Positions 9,274 through 19,276 of a stretch of 64,000 nt of DNA are shown here, in pieces. The stretch is taken from IMG/VR virus record IMGVR_UViG_3300033121_000711, positions 1 through 64,000 of that record; one strand, 5' to 3'. The notes under the pieces are model-generated. The model searched no databases. It was not told where the DNA came from and was given only the letters and a program-made list of their open reading frames with translations. Both the position numbers and the translations under genes were made by a program. This stretch comes from a virus. Taxonomy: Duplodnaviria > Caudoviricetes. The first letter of the stretch is position 1, and each line of letters begins with the position of its first letter.

Positions 9274-9490
9274 GAGCCAGTAAAGCTATAGCTTGACTGA
9301 TGGTATCTTGATAGAATTGAGGAGTATTTTGTGCTTGTCGAATCAATTCAATAGCACGCAATTCACAATAGCGTGGATCTTCCATATCCACAATAACAGC
9401 CATAGGCGTTTTTGCTCGCGGGTCAAAAACGCTAGCAGCTAAGGCTTTCTTGATTGTCGTTTGACTCGGATGCCGGTTCTTTTTCGCCAT
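9227..9490 (-). CDS. hypothetical protein
   Basis: ORF in an overlapping gene string. Confidence 0.55.
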   Translation of the reverse strand: MAKKNRHPSQTTIKKALAASVFDPRAKTPMAVIVDMEDPRYCELRAIELIRQAQNTPQFYQDTISQAIALLALAKVQRSGTTETEKA

Positions 9491-9815
9491 AACGCTTTCT
9501 CCATACTTTACGAAGCTCTTTACGAGCTTCTCGTAATAGACGTTGCTCTCTTAAAGAATATTCACCAAACTCTTCGTAACGCTTCCAAACAGTATCAGGT
9601 AAAAGACGCTGAATATCGAATACTTTAAAATACTCTTTTTGTTGTGTTCGTTTTAGAAAATCAAGACGATTATCTAAATCTTCATCCGTTAAAAGCTGAT
9701 CCGCATCTAGAATCTTATTAAAAGTTTCAACAGGAACACCGGCTTGTAACGTGAGTTGTTTCATCTCCGCTACTAAGGCTTCTATCGCAGCCATTTTTTC
9801 TGTGAGAGTCATCAA
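9432..9815 (-). CDS. hypothetical protein
   Basis: ORF in an overlapping gene string. Confidence 0.55.
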   Translation of the reverse strand: MMTLTEKMAAIEALVAEMKQLTLQAGVPVETFNKILDADQLLTDEDLDNRLDFLKRTQQKEYFKVFDIQRLLPDTVWKRYEEFGEYSLREQRLLREARKELRKVWRKRYGEKEPASESNDNQESLSC

Positions 9816-10188
9816 AATGCCCTTGTATTATTACTATCTGTGATAACAAACTAGCTTTCGGCAAGTATTGATACTTTTCAATGCCCAGTGATCCTGCAAT
9901 CCGTCTTAACTCTTTAACAGGTAACTCTTCTAACTTTAAAGTTTTAGTTTCTTGTAGTGTCATCCAACTTTGAACAGAATCACGATCACCAGATTGTATA
10001 TATTTTAAAACTTTATTTTTGTCTATATCTGAAGCTTTACCGTAATAAAATTCAAAATCCTTTGACGCTACCATTCTTTGAAGACTACGCAGATCATTTA
10101 GTCGGGAGTGCAGTTCCTGCTGAACAGTCAGCAGAGTTATCTCCACGAAATTGCTCCTCCAGCTCCCGTATTTTACGCTCAGCAACAC
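9727..10188 (-). CDS. protein with Rho-N/SAP-like helix-extension-helix domain (start uncertain)
   Basis: LEELPVKELRRIAGSLGIEKYQYLPKASLLSQI. Confidence 0.55.
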   Translation of the reverse strand: MLLSVKYGSWRSNFVEITLLTVQQELHSRLNDLRSLQRMVASKDFEFYYGKASDIDKNKVLKYIQSGDRDSVQSWMTLQETKTLKLEELPVKELRRIAGSLGIEKYQYLPKASLLSQIVIIQGHFDDSHRKNGCDRSLSSGDETTHVTSRCSC

Positions 10189-10345
10189 TTTTATATTTAA
10201 GTGTAGCTGTAATGATTTCTTGTTCGATTGGAACTAATATATCATGCATGTCTGTATACCCTTTTTGCCAATCTTGTTCGGCCAATGGCCTATATTCTAA
10301 TTTATTTGCTCGGGCTTTACAGCCTTCGATATATAATCTATTCAT
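10094..10345 (-). CDS. hypothetical protein
   Basis: ORF in an overlapping gene string. Confidence 0.5.
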   Translation of the reverse strand: MNRLYIEGCKARANKLEYRPLAEQDWQKGYTDMHDILVPIEQEIITATLKYKSVAERKIRELEEQFRGDNSADCSAGTALPTK

Positions 10346-10580
10346 CTTCAGGCTTATTGGCTTTTAGCCATTCCTTATGTTGAGCTTCTACTTGAAGCGT
10401 TTCACACTCGGTTTCACAAATTTGCTTGCGTACAAAAAGTTGTTGTAATGTGCAGAAACTCGTAATGTAACAGCACATACGCTCATACATCAACATTTCA
10501 TACTCAGTCAAATGCGTTTCAGAGGATTTTTCTGCATAGTTCTGACAAGTCTGTAAGACCATCATAACTAGCTGTTCCAT
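10338..10580 (-). CDS. hypothetical protein
   Basis: ORF abutting its neighbours. Confidence 0.55.
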   Translation of the reverse strand: MEQLVMMVLQTCQNYAEKSSETHLTEYEMLMYERMCCYITSFCTLQQLFVRKQICETECETLQVEAQHKEWLKANKPEDE

Positions 10581-10769
10581 TTAACCATCCTCCAAAGAAT
10601 TTCTTAATTCTGTATTCTCTAACTCAATCATCGACTTTTCTTGTCTAAGAGTCTCAATCTCTTTTATGACTAACGGTATCCATTTATGGACAAATTGATA
10701 GATATAATATTCGTCAGATGTTTTTAAAGCTTCTTGAGACTCATTTTCTAATACTGTAAGATCTATCAT
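10581..10769 (-). CDS. hypothetical protein
   Basis: ATGA overlap with the polymerase stop. Confidence 0.55.
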   Translation of the reverse strand: MIDLTVLENESQEALKTSDEYYIYQFVHKWIPLVIKEIETLRQEKSMIELENTELRNSLEDG

Positions 10770-13126
10770 GATTTATCTGCCCACGAATTTAATTTTTTCT
10801 GCCAGTCCATTTTAATTAATGGCACCTTAGGTCTAAAAGATTCTACACACTCGTTAACAATCTCAGCAACTCTATCTACAACTTCAGGCTTAGTTGGACA
10901 CATAATTTCATCATGAATATTCATTGGTTGTACAAGCCAAGGATTAATACCGCTAGGCTGTACCGTCCAAATCTTGCACTGAACTTCTTTAGTTATTTCA
11001 GCACCAGATGATTGAATAACATGATTAGCCGCAGCTCGCATATTTGCAGATTGCAGACCGAACGCAGCACCATACAAAGCTGATTGTACTGCACCAGAAG
11101 CTGACTGAGTTCTATCTCTACGAACAACTTTAGAACCACTTGTTAGAGCATTCCATTCTCGTGGAGGTGAGTTCGCCAAGTCAAAGAGTGCCTTACAGAT
11201 GGTATTTTCAAGAGTGAAATACCTACGAAAACCAAACATAGACTCGATATAATCTGCCGGCTCATGCCAAACAACTTTTGTACCAAGACCTCCAGGTTGA
11301 CGCATGCTACAAAACATATTAGAAATTTTCTGTCTTGCGATGCCAACTTGACGATACTTTTTACAAAACGCTGCATAAGCCTTATCAGCAGTTTCAAGAT
11401 CAACACCCAAACGAGACTTGAGAGTGAATCCTTCACCTCCATAAAACATTGTGAACACAGCTTGCTTGCAACGCGTGTATTTATCATCTTTCGTACCCTC
11501 AGTTGCAAGAATCTGTTCATACGTCATATCTGGATAGACATGAACGCCGAACAACGCATGAATCTTTTTACCGCTTTGTAAATCCTTTCTAAGATCAGGA
11601 TCTTTATAACAAGCTTCAGCTAATGTTACTTCAAAGCCTGAAAAATCGCCACCACATAAAACAAAATCAGCAAAAGCCAGAGGAAAATTACCGCGTACTT
11701 CCTTTGTTTTCTTGACCCCTTGAGCATTAAGGCCATCAGTACCAGCCATGCGAGAACTGAGAGCACCAATGACAACAAAGGAAGCATGAAATCTGCCAGC
11801 CAGGATAAATTTGTCATAAAGATCAGCTTCGTAGTTAGCCTGTCTAGCTTGAAGAATCTCTGTAGCTCGTTCAGCAACTGGATGAGGAACTGCACCAGTA
11901 CCATTACAATTAACACATTTACATAGATCAGCGATACCACCGCAAACTAACTTTCCTTTTGGAAGAATTGTTCCTCGTCCCTCACAAAGCTTACAATCAA
12001 TTGTAAGTTTGGCATACTCTTCAAGCAAGATTTTCTTGGTACTGTCTCCAGCTAAAAGTTGCTCCTCTGCACTTAAAACTTGATTGATATAGATCTTAGC
12101 TTTTGCAGGTGCCGTTGGAATGACAAACTCTTCACCGTTTGGTAAAATCTTCGATTTAGAAGCTAAAGTTTTAGTCTTAAGTGCTTTCAATCCTTCGATA
12201 TTGCATTTGTAACCTTTCCATCTAACGGCTGCAACCATACAAGATAAGATTGAATCATTATCACCTAGAGTTGGTGAGCCGAAAAATTTATATAAAGCTC
12301 TAGTATACTCTACATCTTTTTTCGCATACTCACGAGCTAGTTGATGGTAACTCCAATGGTTAATATGGTGTATAATCTTTTCAGGCCATGCACCATTCCA
12401 GCTATGTCTATTACCTATTGCTTTAGCAAAAGGTGCATAGCCATACTCTTCAGGATAATGAACTTTATCAATTTCAATATCTGTAAAGAGTAAGACCGAA
12501 TCAACTGGAAGTTTTAATGCATCTACAGCAAGAGCTTTTAGAGCACTTGATGGATGAAACTTTAAGACAACGTCTTTAAAGTTTGGATTGATATCGCCAT
12601 CCTCATCAGTGATATCAAAAACTTGCCATTTGGTCGCAGTTTTATCTTTACGGCGTGCAAAATAGATATCTGAAAGTTCTATTCTTTTTTCTAGCTCTTT
12701 AGCAAGCTGCCAAGCTAAAGCAGTAGGTACACGACGTATACGGATATCACCACGATCCATAGTCGATTGATATGGACCTTTCCTTGCGTGAAGCATAATA
12801 TCAAAAGCACTTTTAGGCTTCACGCAAGGACCATCACGACCTAATGGTTCAAATTCAGCAATCTCATCAATCATATCAATTGGTTCGACGTCCGTGTCAG
12901 GCAGTAGACTTAACACGGTGTAAGCTTTACAAATCATGAACCAATCGAACGCAAGATTGAATCCGACAACACCATCACTGTTGACGAATCTTTCAATCAG
13001 TTCAAGTGTTTGTCTAGCTGGCGTAGTCCAAATACTATGTAAATGGATCTCGCCATCATCTTCAGCATACTGAATAAGGACCGGCATTCCATGCAAGCCA
13101 CAAGTTTCTGTATCAAAGAAGATCAT
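10766..13126 (-). CDS. polA: family A DNA polymerase with 3'-5' exonuclease domain
   Basis: DTET (ExoI), FNLAFD, YAKKD, motif A DFSGFE, motif B RCKQAVFTMFYG (Phe at the 762-equivalent), motif C IHDE. Confidence 0.95.
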   Translation of the reverse strand: MIFFDTETCGLHGMPVLIQYAEDDGEIHLHSIWTTPARQTLELIERFVNSDGVVGFNLAFDWFMICKAYTVLSLLPDTDVEPIDMIDEIAEFEPLGRDGPCVKPKSAFDIMLHARKGPYQSTMDRGDIRIRRVPTALAWQLAKELEKRIELSDIYFARRKDKTATKWQVFDITDEDGDINPNFKDVVLKFHPSSALKALAVDALKLPVDSVLLFTDIEIDKVHYPEEYGYAPFAKAIGNRHSWNGAWPEKIIHHINHWSYHQLAREYAKKDVEYTRALYKFFGSPTLGDNDSILSCMVAAVRWKGYKCNIEGLKALKTKTLASKSKILPNGEEFVIPTAPAKAKIYINQVLSAEEQLLAGDSTKKILLEEYAKLTIDCKLCEGRGTILPKGKLVCGGIADLCKCVNCNGTGAVPHPVAERATEILQARQANYEADLYDKFILAGRFHASFVVIGALSSRMAGTDGLNAQGVKKTKEVRGNFPLAFADFVLCGGDFSGFEVTLAEACYKDPDLRKDLQSGKKIHALFGVHVYPDMTYEQILATEGTKDDKYTRCKQAVFTMFYGGEGFTLKSRLGVDLETADKAYAAFCKKYRQVGIARQKISNMFCSMRQPGGLGTKVVWHEPADYIESMFGFRRYFTLENTICKALFDLANSPPREWNALTSGSKVVRRDRTQSASGAVQSALYGAAFGLQSANMRAAANHVIQSSGAEITKEVQCKIWTVQPSGINPWLVQPMNIHDEIMCPTKPEVVDRVAEIVNECVESFRPKVPLIKMDWQKKLNSWADKS

Positions 13127-13386
13127 ATAATGTACACCAATATAGTGGAATAAAAACTGGCAGTACGCACTACTGTATATTCCAATTCTTTAGCTTCAAA
13201 TATTTTTAGAATATATTTGAAAGTTTTTATATCCACTTTTAAATCAATTGCTTCGACCAAATTTTGATAAGTTTTATTGGAGTAAGGTACAGTCCAATGA
13301 GATTCTTTCAAAATTATAAGAATATCTTTCATGATAACCCTCAAAAAGCTGTTACAGCTTTTACAACGTCTATAGGTATTTGCCAA
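13123..13386 (-). CDS. hypothetical protein (true start probably later)
   Basis: ATGA overlap with the polA start. Confidence 0.45.
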   Translation of the reverse strand: MANTYRRCKSCNSFLRVIMKDILIILKESHWTVPYSNKTYQNLVEAIDLKVDIKTFKYILKIFEAKELEYTVVRTASFYSTILVYII

Positions 13387-14192
13387 GACTTACCTTGAGC
13401 CTCAGCATAAATTTTAAAATCACGCATAAGATCAAAATCATTAATCTCGCCGGCAGCCCAAGCAAGACAACGACTATAAAAACCTGGACCTACAACATCC
13501 ATGAAGAGTTCCATCATCTTGAAGATATCTTCGCTTTCCCTCTTCTTTTTCTGAAGAGGGTTGATCTTCTTTGGTGGCAAGATTTTAATCTTTTTCTTCT
13601 CGCCAGCAATCTTTGATTGCTTAATCTTTTTGACGGCTTCAAATTGAGCTTGCTTATTCCTAATAGTTTTCAGCTGTTTAATCTGCTCTTGAGAGAGAAA
13701 ACCGGCAGCAGCTTCTTGCTGAATTTCTTCTGGAAGCTCAATTAGAGCACAACGAGCTTGAACCCAACCGCGTGACTGATTGAATCGTTTTGCAATCTCA
13801 TCCTGAGTCCAACCTGCTCGCACAAAAGGTTGGATAGCATTTGACTCTTGAAGAATATTCAAATCCTTACGTTTGAGATTTTCTTCAAGATTCAACTGAC
13901 GTGCAGTTAGCTCGTCTAAGTTTCCTTTAATAATTGCTGGAATCGTTTTACGATTCAACACTTTAAAAGCATTCCAACGGCGATGGCCTGAAACAATACG
14001 CCACTTGTATTGATCTCCTGCCCAAGGCTGAACTGTAATTGGCTGTTGCAATCCCTGTTCGTCGATCGATCTAGCAAGATCGAGAACATCTACTTTGAGA
14101 ATAGCTCCACGACAATTAAAGCTATTATCACAGAAAATATCTGCGACAGGGATTTCAAAAACTTGCATATCGGAAGGTTGAAGATTGTTCAT
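13341..14192 (-). CDS. ParB/Srx-like protein with HTH
   Basis: LARSIDEQGLQQPITV, IVSGHRRW.A, ENLKRKDL, WTQDEIAKRF. Confidence 0.9.
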   Translation of the reverse strand: MNNLQPSDMQVFEIPVADIFCDNSFNCRGAILKVDVLDLARSIDEQGLQQPITVQPWAGDQYKWRIVSGHRRWNAFKVLNRKTIPAIIKGNLDELTARQLNLEENLKRKDLNILQESNAIQPFVRAGWTQDEIAKRFNQSRGWVQARCALIELPEEIQQEAAAGFLSQEQIKQLKTIRNKQAQFEAVKKIKQSKIAGEKKKIKILPPKKINPLQKKKRESEDIFKMMELFMDVVGPGFYSRCLAWAAGEINDFDLMRDFKIYAEAQGKSWQIPIDVVKAVTAF

Positions 14193-14241
14193 TTTAAATT
14201 CCTAAATCAAATCCGTGAGAGGTTATATCCCTCATATTAGT

Positions 14242-14268
14242 ATACTGTACTTTCAGAATTTTTTCAAC
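14242..14268 (-). promoter_or_regulatory. phage-specific promoter motif copy 2 (GTTGA-N17-AGTAT)
   Basis: Intergenic, upstream of the ParB-polA operon. Confidence 0.65.
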
Positions 14269-14291
14269 TACTTTTATTTACCGATTTGATT

Positions 14292-14420
14292 TTAGATTAC
14301 AATCCAGATACCAGAATCGTCGTCATATATAGCAATATGCCCACAAGCCAATAGAAGAGTTTCTTCATGCTCTACAATAGCTGTAGCACATTGACACTTA
14401 TCACAATAAGCCTTAGTCAT
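14292..14420 (-). CDS. small zinc-ribbon protein (42 aa)
   Basis: Manual translation MTKAYCDKCQCATAIVEHEETLLLACGHIAIYDDDSGIWIVI. Confidence 0.5.
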   Translation of the reverse strand: MTKAYCDKCQCATAIVEHEETLLLACGHIAIYDDDSGIWIVI

Positions 14421-14489
14421 CGACCCAATCCTTTAACAATGGAATACATTAAAGAGATCCAGAGAACAGCCAAGAATACAGTTATACAA

Positions 14490-14696
14490 CTACTTATTAA
14501 AATTTCTTTTATTTGGTTCAGCACAGATTGTAGCATCCTCTTCTTTAACAAGAGCCCATAAAGTCCCATCACTAAAAGCTACTTCTACATGCAAAATAGT
14601 GATAGTATCAATTTTTTCAACGTCATGCACTTTCCCAATAAAAGTAAGAACGCGACCTAAATGTTTTTGAGCGAATTTAACGAATTTCCCTTTCAT
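14490..14696 (-). CDS. hypothetical protein
   Basis: ORF in a gene string. Confidence 0.5.
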   Translation of the reverse strand: MKGKFVKFAQKHLGRVLTFIGKVHDVEKIDTITILHVEVAFSDGTLWALVKEEDATICAEPNKRNFNK

Positions 14697-14946
14697 TAAG
14701 CGAATTCTCCAGTCGCTCTATACGCTTTATTAGTTCTTGCATCTTTTCATCTATGACACTATGAATCACTTGATGCTCTTCACCATTTTTACGGAATTTT
14801 TTGATATCTGCGGAAAACATTACAAGGGCGATGGCTAAATAAATGAGAAGAAATCCGAAGCCTGCCAAACTAGCTTGTTTAGCACGGGAATAGCTATCGT
14901 CTTTCATTTTATTTCTCCTTCCCCATTTAAAAATTGGGGCAACCAT
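14677..14946 (-). CDS. small membrane protein (one TM helix plus coiled coil)
   Basis: GFGFLLIYLAIALVMF. Confidence 0.5.
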   Translation of the reverse strand: MVAPIFKWGRRNKMKDDSYSRAKQASLAGFGFLLIYLAIALVMFSADIKKFRKNGEEHQVIHSVIDEKMQELIKRIERLENSLNEREIR

Positions 14947-15107
14947 TCACGTTTAGGCTCATCTGGACCTTTTTTGTGAATAGAAAGCATACGAACTCTA
15001 CCCTCTAACGATCTAATTTTAACATCTAAATCTCTAGTTATTAAAACTAAAAGACCATTTGTAAAAATTAAAACAATTAGAATGGTAGAGTTCAGTATGT
15101 CTTTCAT
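14904..15107 (-). CDS. small membrane protein
   Basis: ILIVLIFTNGLLVLI; ATGA overlaps at both ends. Confidence 0.5.
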   Translation of the reverse strand: MKDILNSTILIVLIFTNGLLVLITRDLDVKIRSLEGRVRMLSIHKKGPDEPKREWLPQFLNGEGEIK

Positions 15108-17086
15108 GTCAATCTTTCAGTTGAAAGTTCGGCAAGTAAAATGGATTTTAATTCACCCATACTAATATCTTGCAGACGTTTCTTCTGCTTAAGATTATTA
15201 AGAATCTTTCTATCAGTAGGTAGATGCAACAAATCTACAATCGTTGCACCTTTACTCAAATCCATTCCAGCTCGATGAATCCGATCTTCAGATTGGAGAC
15301 GAGACTCAGCATTAAAGTCATTACTGTAATAGACAATCATTGACGCTGCCGTTAAAGTAAGACCCATACCTGCCGCTCCGGGCTGAGCAATAAAAGCGAC
15401 TCTAGAGAAATTCTTATTCGGATCTTGAAACGCCCGAACCAGAGCTTCAGGACCATTTACAGGTAGATCTGAAAACCATCCACGGCCATCTACTCGAATA
15501 AAATTCCACTGAGCACTTTTTATGATACTGCAAACACGATCAATAGAACCTGTGAAGCCTCCGTAAATAACTATACGCCCAATATCGTCATTCTCTTCCA
15601 AAAGTTCTTTTAAGGCATCTTCTTTTGGAGTTTGAAACATTACAGTTGAACGCTCGATCTTGTCAATCGTTCCTGTTGCATTACAACGATCGCAAGCAGA
15701 GATAGCAAACTGCGGACCTATCTCATGCTTATTCTCATCAGCGTCTAGATAGTATCCTTGAGCTTTCTCTTCTTCAGTGTAATCGTCTGATGAATACTGA
15801 GGCTTATTGTACACCTTAGTACCATGACAAACATCGCAAACTTGCGTACCTAAAACAGTGTCTTTATACTGAAAGCCATCAGACAATTCTCGCAGCAACG
15901 TCATGCAAGTCATAGCATTAGGTGCTGTAGCTTGTATGATACTTGCTAAATTGAGCACTTGTCTTGATGGCTTACATTCAACCTCCCTATAAATTTTATC
16001 AGGAAGATCCAAACAATCTTTTTTGAGCTTGACCATTACAAGCCCGTTCATTCTTTTATACAGCGTGTCAACTTCATTGACTGAAGGTACGTATTTGTGA
16101 TTTGTCGTTGTTTGAGCAAACACGTCAATACTATTTGAATGTGTCTCCGCATCTTCGTACAATCCGCAGACATTACATTTCCTGGCATCATCTCGCCAAG
16201 TAAGAAGATGTGGGTAAGCTCCGCCTCCATCGAATGCTTCGCGTGTTTCAACAATTGCAAGTCTTCGTTTGAATTTATTGAGATCGCCTTCTTTGAGGAA
16301 TCCCGGCTGAGCAATTTCGCACTGGCTCCACCAATCCAGCGGAGACTTCGGTGCAGGAGACCCTGACATTTCGATAACAAATCCATTTAAGCCCCACTCG
16401 TTTCTTACAGCCTTAGCCAGGTGAGCCGCCGCAACAGTCCTTTGAGCTGTTGGATTCTTCAATCGAGAAGACTCATCAAAGATGACTATCTGTGGAGGTT
16501 TTTTACCAGACGGCCAATTCTCAATCATCTTTTTGAGAGCTTCGTATGTTGCATATACGATCGGGAATTTGCAACTCCACTTCGTGTATTCCAATTTGAC
16601 TGAAACGAGTGCCGGCTTTGGACCAACCCAGAGAATGTCTGTCGCACCACATGCTTCGATAACTTCAAAAGCTGCCAGAGTTTTTCCAGTACCCATTTCT
16701 GCTGCAAAGACGCAGTAATGTCTTGTATAGCCGTGTTTAAAGAGCTCGTTTTGATGCTTGTATAAAGCCCTAGTTGGTTGTCGGTCAGTAAGAGGTTGAT
16801 CGTACCAGTAGTATGGGTTATTTGGATCTTTTCCGCTTGGAAAAGCAAGGTAGGCAAGTTGGAATCTGTTTCTTTCGTTGTCTTCAATGGACCATATTTT
16901 TCTAGGGACTGGATCATACCCGTGAAATTTAGCTCCCTTCATTTCTTTAATTTCAGCTATCAAATTTTTATTGTAGCCGAAATGAAGAAATAGTCGCTCA
17001 CCTTCTTTTACAATTCTAGTCTTAACCATTCTAAGACCAGCTTTGAGATGAGCTTCCCAGTCGTTCTGAATATTTGTTATGAACAT
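15104..17086 (-). CDS. SNF2-family helicase
   Basis: EMGTGKT, DESS, SGSP, AAGMGLTLT, QSEDRIHRAG. Confidence 0.93.
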   Translation of the reverse strand: MFITNIQNDWEAHLKAGLRMVKTRIVKEGERLFLHFGYNKNLIAEIKEMKGAKFHGYDPVPRKIWSIEDNERNRFQLAYLAFPSGKDPNNPYYWYDQPLTDRQPTRALYKHQNELFKHGYTRHYCVFAAEMGTGKTLAAFEVIEACGATDILWVGPKPALVSVKLEYTKWSCKFPIVYATYEALKKMIENWPSGKKPPQIVIFDESSRLKNPTAQRTVAAAHLAKAVRNEWGLNGFVIEMSGSPAPKSPLDWWSQCEIAQPGFLKEGDLNKFKRRLAIVETREAFDGGGAYPHLLTWRDDARKCNVCGLYEDAETHSNSIDVFAQTTTNHKYVPSVNEVDTLYKRMNGLVMVKLKKDCLDLPDKIYREVECKPSRQVLNLASIIQATAPNAMTCMTLLRELSDGFQYKDTVLGTQVCDVCHGTKVYNKPQYSSDDYTEEEKAQGYYLDADENKHEIGPQFAISACDRCNATGTIDKIERSTVMFQTPKEDALKELLEENDDIGRIVIYGGFTGSIDRVCSIIKSAQWNFIRVDGRGWFSDLPVNGPEALVRAFQDPNKNFSRVAFIAQPGAAGMGLTLTAASMIVYYSNDFNAESRLQSEDRIHRAGMDLSKGATIVDLLHLPTDRKILNNLKQKKRLQDISMGELKSILLAELSTERLT

Positions 17087-17108
17087 GATTGGCCCAGTAA
17101 CACCAGGT

Positions 17109-17534
17109 CTAGTTATGGAACCCTTTAAGGGATCCTAAAAATGTAATGTGGTAGAAGCCGTCATCAAAAGGTCGAACAATTCCAGCATCATTTGGATCGT
17201 GAACAATCTTATCATTAAGGCCAACAACTGAATGGCCTGTACCTACAGCTGTTTTACCTCCCAAGATATAATAAGTGTTAGGATTCATTGTTCCTACAGT
17301 ATATAAAATATCATCTAAGTTGCCAGCAAAAGCAATACGTATAGGAACAAGATCTAACAATAGTAAAAAGTCGCGTTCACGTTTTTCAAACTCTACACCA
17401 GATGGTCAGCCGTCAGCAAAATGTGGAACAGTATCATAATCTAACTCTAAGATAGAAACAATACAAGCTCTATGACAATCGCCGTATTGTTTAAGATGGG
17501 GTAAATGTTTTATTTTTTGTTTGACGGGGTTCAT
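17109..17534 (-). pseudogene. C39-like Cys-His-Asp protein interrupted by an in-frame TGA (17406-17408)
   Basis: Manual translation MNPVKQ...GDCHRACIVSILEL...VPHFADG*PSGVEFEKRERDFL...GHSVVG...VHDP. Confidence 0.7.
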
Positions 17535-17752
17535 AGCGACAGTTTTAACTTATGCGTTGAAAGTTTCTCATCTAGCTGATCGTAGAAAGTTAAAGTAAAA
17601 TCATGAAAATCAATTACTGCACTCGGGAAGATTGTACCTTTCTTATATTTATCCATCTCAATTTTCAAGACAACTTTTTTAAGAATCACAATAGGATTGC
17701 CATTTACTTTTACTGCCGGTATCGAATTCTCGTAAGTAAAAAACTCATTCAT
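17531..17752 (-). CDS. hypothetical protein
   Basis: ATGA overlaps at both ends. Confidence 0.55.
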   Translation of the reverse strand: MNEFFTYENSIPAVKVNGNPIVILKKVVLKIEMDKYKKGTIFPSAVIDFHDFTLTFYDQLDEKLSTHKLKLSL

Positions 17753-18264
17753 TTTTTCTCCGTTAAAATCAACTCAACGCCACCAGAACGTGAATAATTT
17801 TCCCAGAGCTTTGACAATCCAATCTTATCAAAAGCATGCAGAACTTGCCTAGAAAAAGTGCGTTGCATTTTTGTGGCTCGAGGAGTTGCAAGGTTAATTA
17901 TTGTCGTTCTCCACTGTTGTAAGTTAGCAGAGACGATAAATACCTTATCACAATCATCGCAGTCGAGTATGTGCAAGTCACCATTAAAGGCAAGTTCTGC
18001 AATTGTGTCAAAATCTTGACAGAAGATCAAGAACGACACTGAGAAATGTTTTAGCAGAGTCCCAGCATCTCTCAAAGTCTGAGAGTAATCTATATTATCC
18101 TGTTGAAACTCACCAAAGGCAACAATGGCTTCGGCAAGCGAACGATCAGTTATGCCTTTAGCATCTAACGGTCTTAAGATAGACCTATTTAAAACCGTTT
18201 GAGCTACTCTTGTCAAGAGAGCCCAATCAATAGTAGATTGGCCAAGAGGCATAACTGTTATCAT
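17749..18264 (-). CDS. hypothetical protein, weakly ThyX-fold-like
   Basis: LKHFSVSFLI and VSANLQQWR resemble ThyX segments; no RHRxxxxxxxS motif. Confidence 0.4.
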   Translation of the reverse strand: MITVMPLGQSTIDWALLTRVAQTVLNRSILRPLDAKGITDRSLAEAIVAFGEFQQDNIDYSQTLRDAGTLLKHFSVSFLIFCQDFDTIAELAFNGDLHILDCDDCDKVFIVSANLQQWRTTIINLATPRATKMQRTFSRQVLHAFDKIGLSKLWENYSRSGGVELILTEKK

Positions 18265-18266
18265 GA

Positions 18267-18488
18267 TTACGTCTTCGAGTAATACGTGATTACTTTCTTA
18301 ACAATTTCACCTTTATCGTCCTTGATTTCTTCTTCGTGCTTTTCTACTTTGATCACGCCTTTACGTTTCAATACTGAAAGGATTGTATTAAGGCGTTTCT
18401 CATGACGCTTTGTTTTAGCGTGTTTGAACAAATGGTCATGAAAGCCGGGCAAAACTTCTAAAATATTTTTCTTAGTCAGAAGCATCAT
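18267..18488 (-). CDS. small basic hypothetical protein
   Basis: ORF with GGAG RBS. Confidence 0.55.
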   Translation of the reverse strand: MMLLTKKNILEVLPGFHDHLFKHAKTKRHEKRLNTILSVLKRKGVIKVEKHEEEIKDDKGEIVKKVITYYSKT

Positions 18489-18505
18489 AACTCCGAATAA
18501 TAAAT

Positions 18506-18535
18506 GGGTAAGAGGCTCTTACGAACCTCTTACCC
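18506..18535 (-). terminator. hairpin / probable terminator
   Basis: GGGTAAGAGG...CCTCTTACCC with a T-rich tail on the minus strand. Confidence 0.55.
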
Positions 18536-18555
18536 TCTAGGCTGAGTCACCCCAC

Positions 18556-19236
18556 TCAGCGTACCCGATCACTATCAGCCGGTGCCTCTTCTTTTTCCGT
18601 CTCAGGCGGAGAGTTGAACTTTGTCACTTGTTCAATCAACTCGTCTTGCGTAGGCAACGCAGTCAACGGTTGAGAATACATTGTGACAACTGGTCCATGC
18701 CAGGCATACTTGTTGGCTTTGATAAGCTGGCACTTAAGCAATGCAGACTTACCCATCAAAGACTTCAAGTTTGGTGCTTCACGTCGAGATGTCTTACTCG
18801 ACATAAAGTATGTACCAAAACCACGGACAGAAGGAACCCAGAGAAGAAACTCAGGACCGTACATACATCCGGTATCTTGCTTGCCAGAATCAGCTTCGGC
18901 AGCGATATTCTTGAAAGCTTGACTTGACGGATTATACACAGACAACACGTCGGAGTCTGTGATATGCATGGCCTTAGGACGCCAACTCAAAACAAGAACA
19001 GGCACTTCAGGAGTCAAATCATCAAGATTATCTTTAGTACGCACAAAAGCGTAACGACCTTGATTGATTTTACCTTCCTTGACCGCTGTACTGTTAGAGC
19101 CCATCAACATAACGCGGGGCAGCCAAGCGGCACCGTTCGCAACAATGTCGAAGGACTTGTCATCAGCGTACTTCGCAATCCCGAGATCGGAAATAGCAAG
19201 AGCAGTTTCATTATTCAGAGCAATTTCATTAGTCAT
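18556..19236 (-). CDS. putative single-stranded DNA-binding protein
   Basis: Position in the replication module, beta-rich core and acidic C-tail; inference only. Confidence 0.45.
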   Translation of the reverse strand: MTNEIALNNETALAISDLGIAKYADDKSFDIVANGAAWLPRVMLMGSNSTAVKEGKINQGRYAFVRTKDNLDDLTPEVPVLVLSWRPKAMHITDSDVLSVYNPSSQAFKNIAAEADSGKQDTGCMYGPEFLLWVPSVRGFGTYFMSSKTSRREAPNLKSLMGKSALLKCQLIKANKYAWHGPVVTMYSQPLTALPTQDELIEQVTKFNSPPETEKEEAPADSDRVR

Positions 19237-19276
19237 AGTAAATTCTTTTCAGTTTTCAGTTTGCAGTTTTGAGTTT

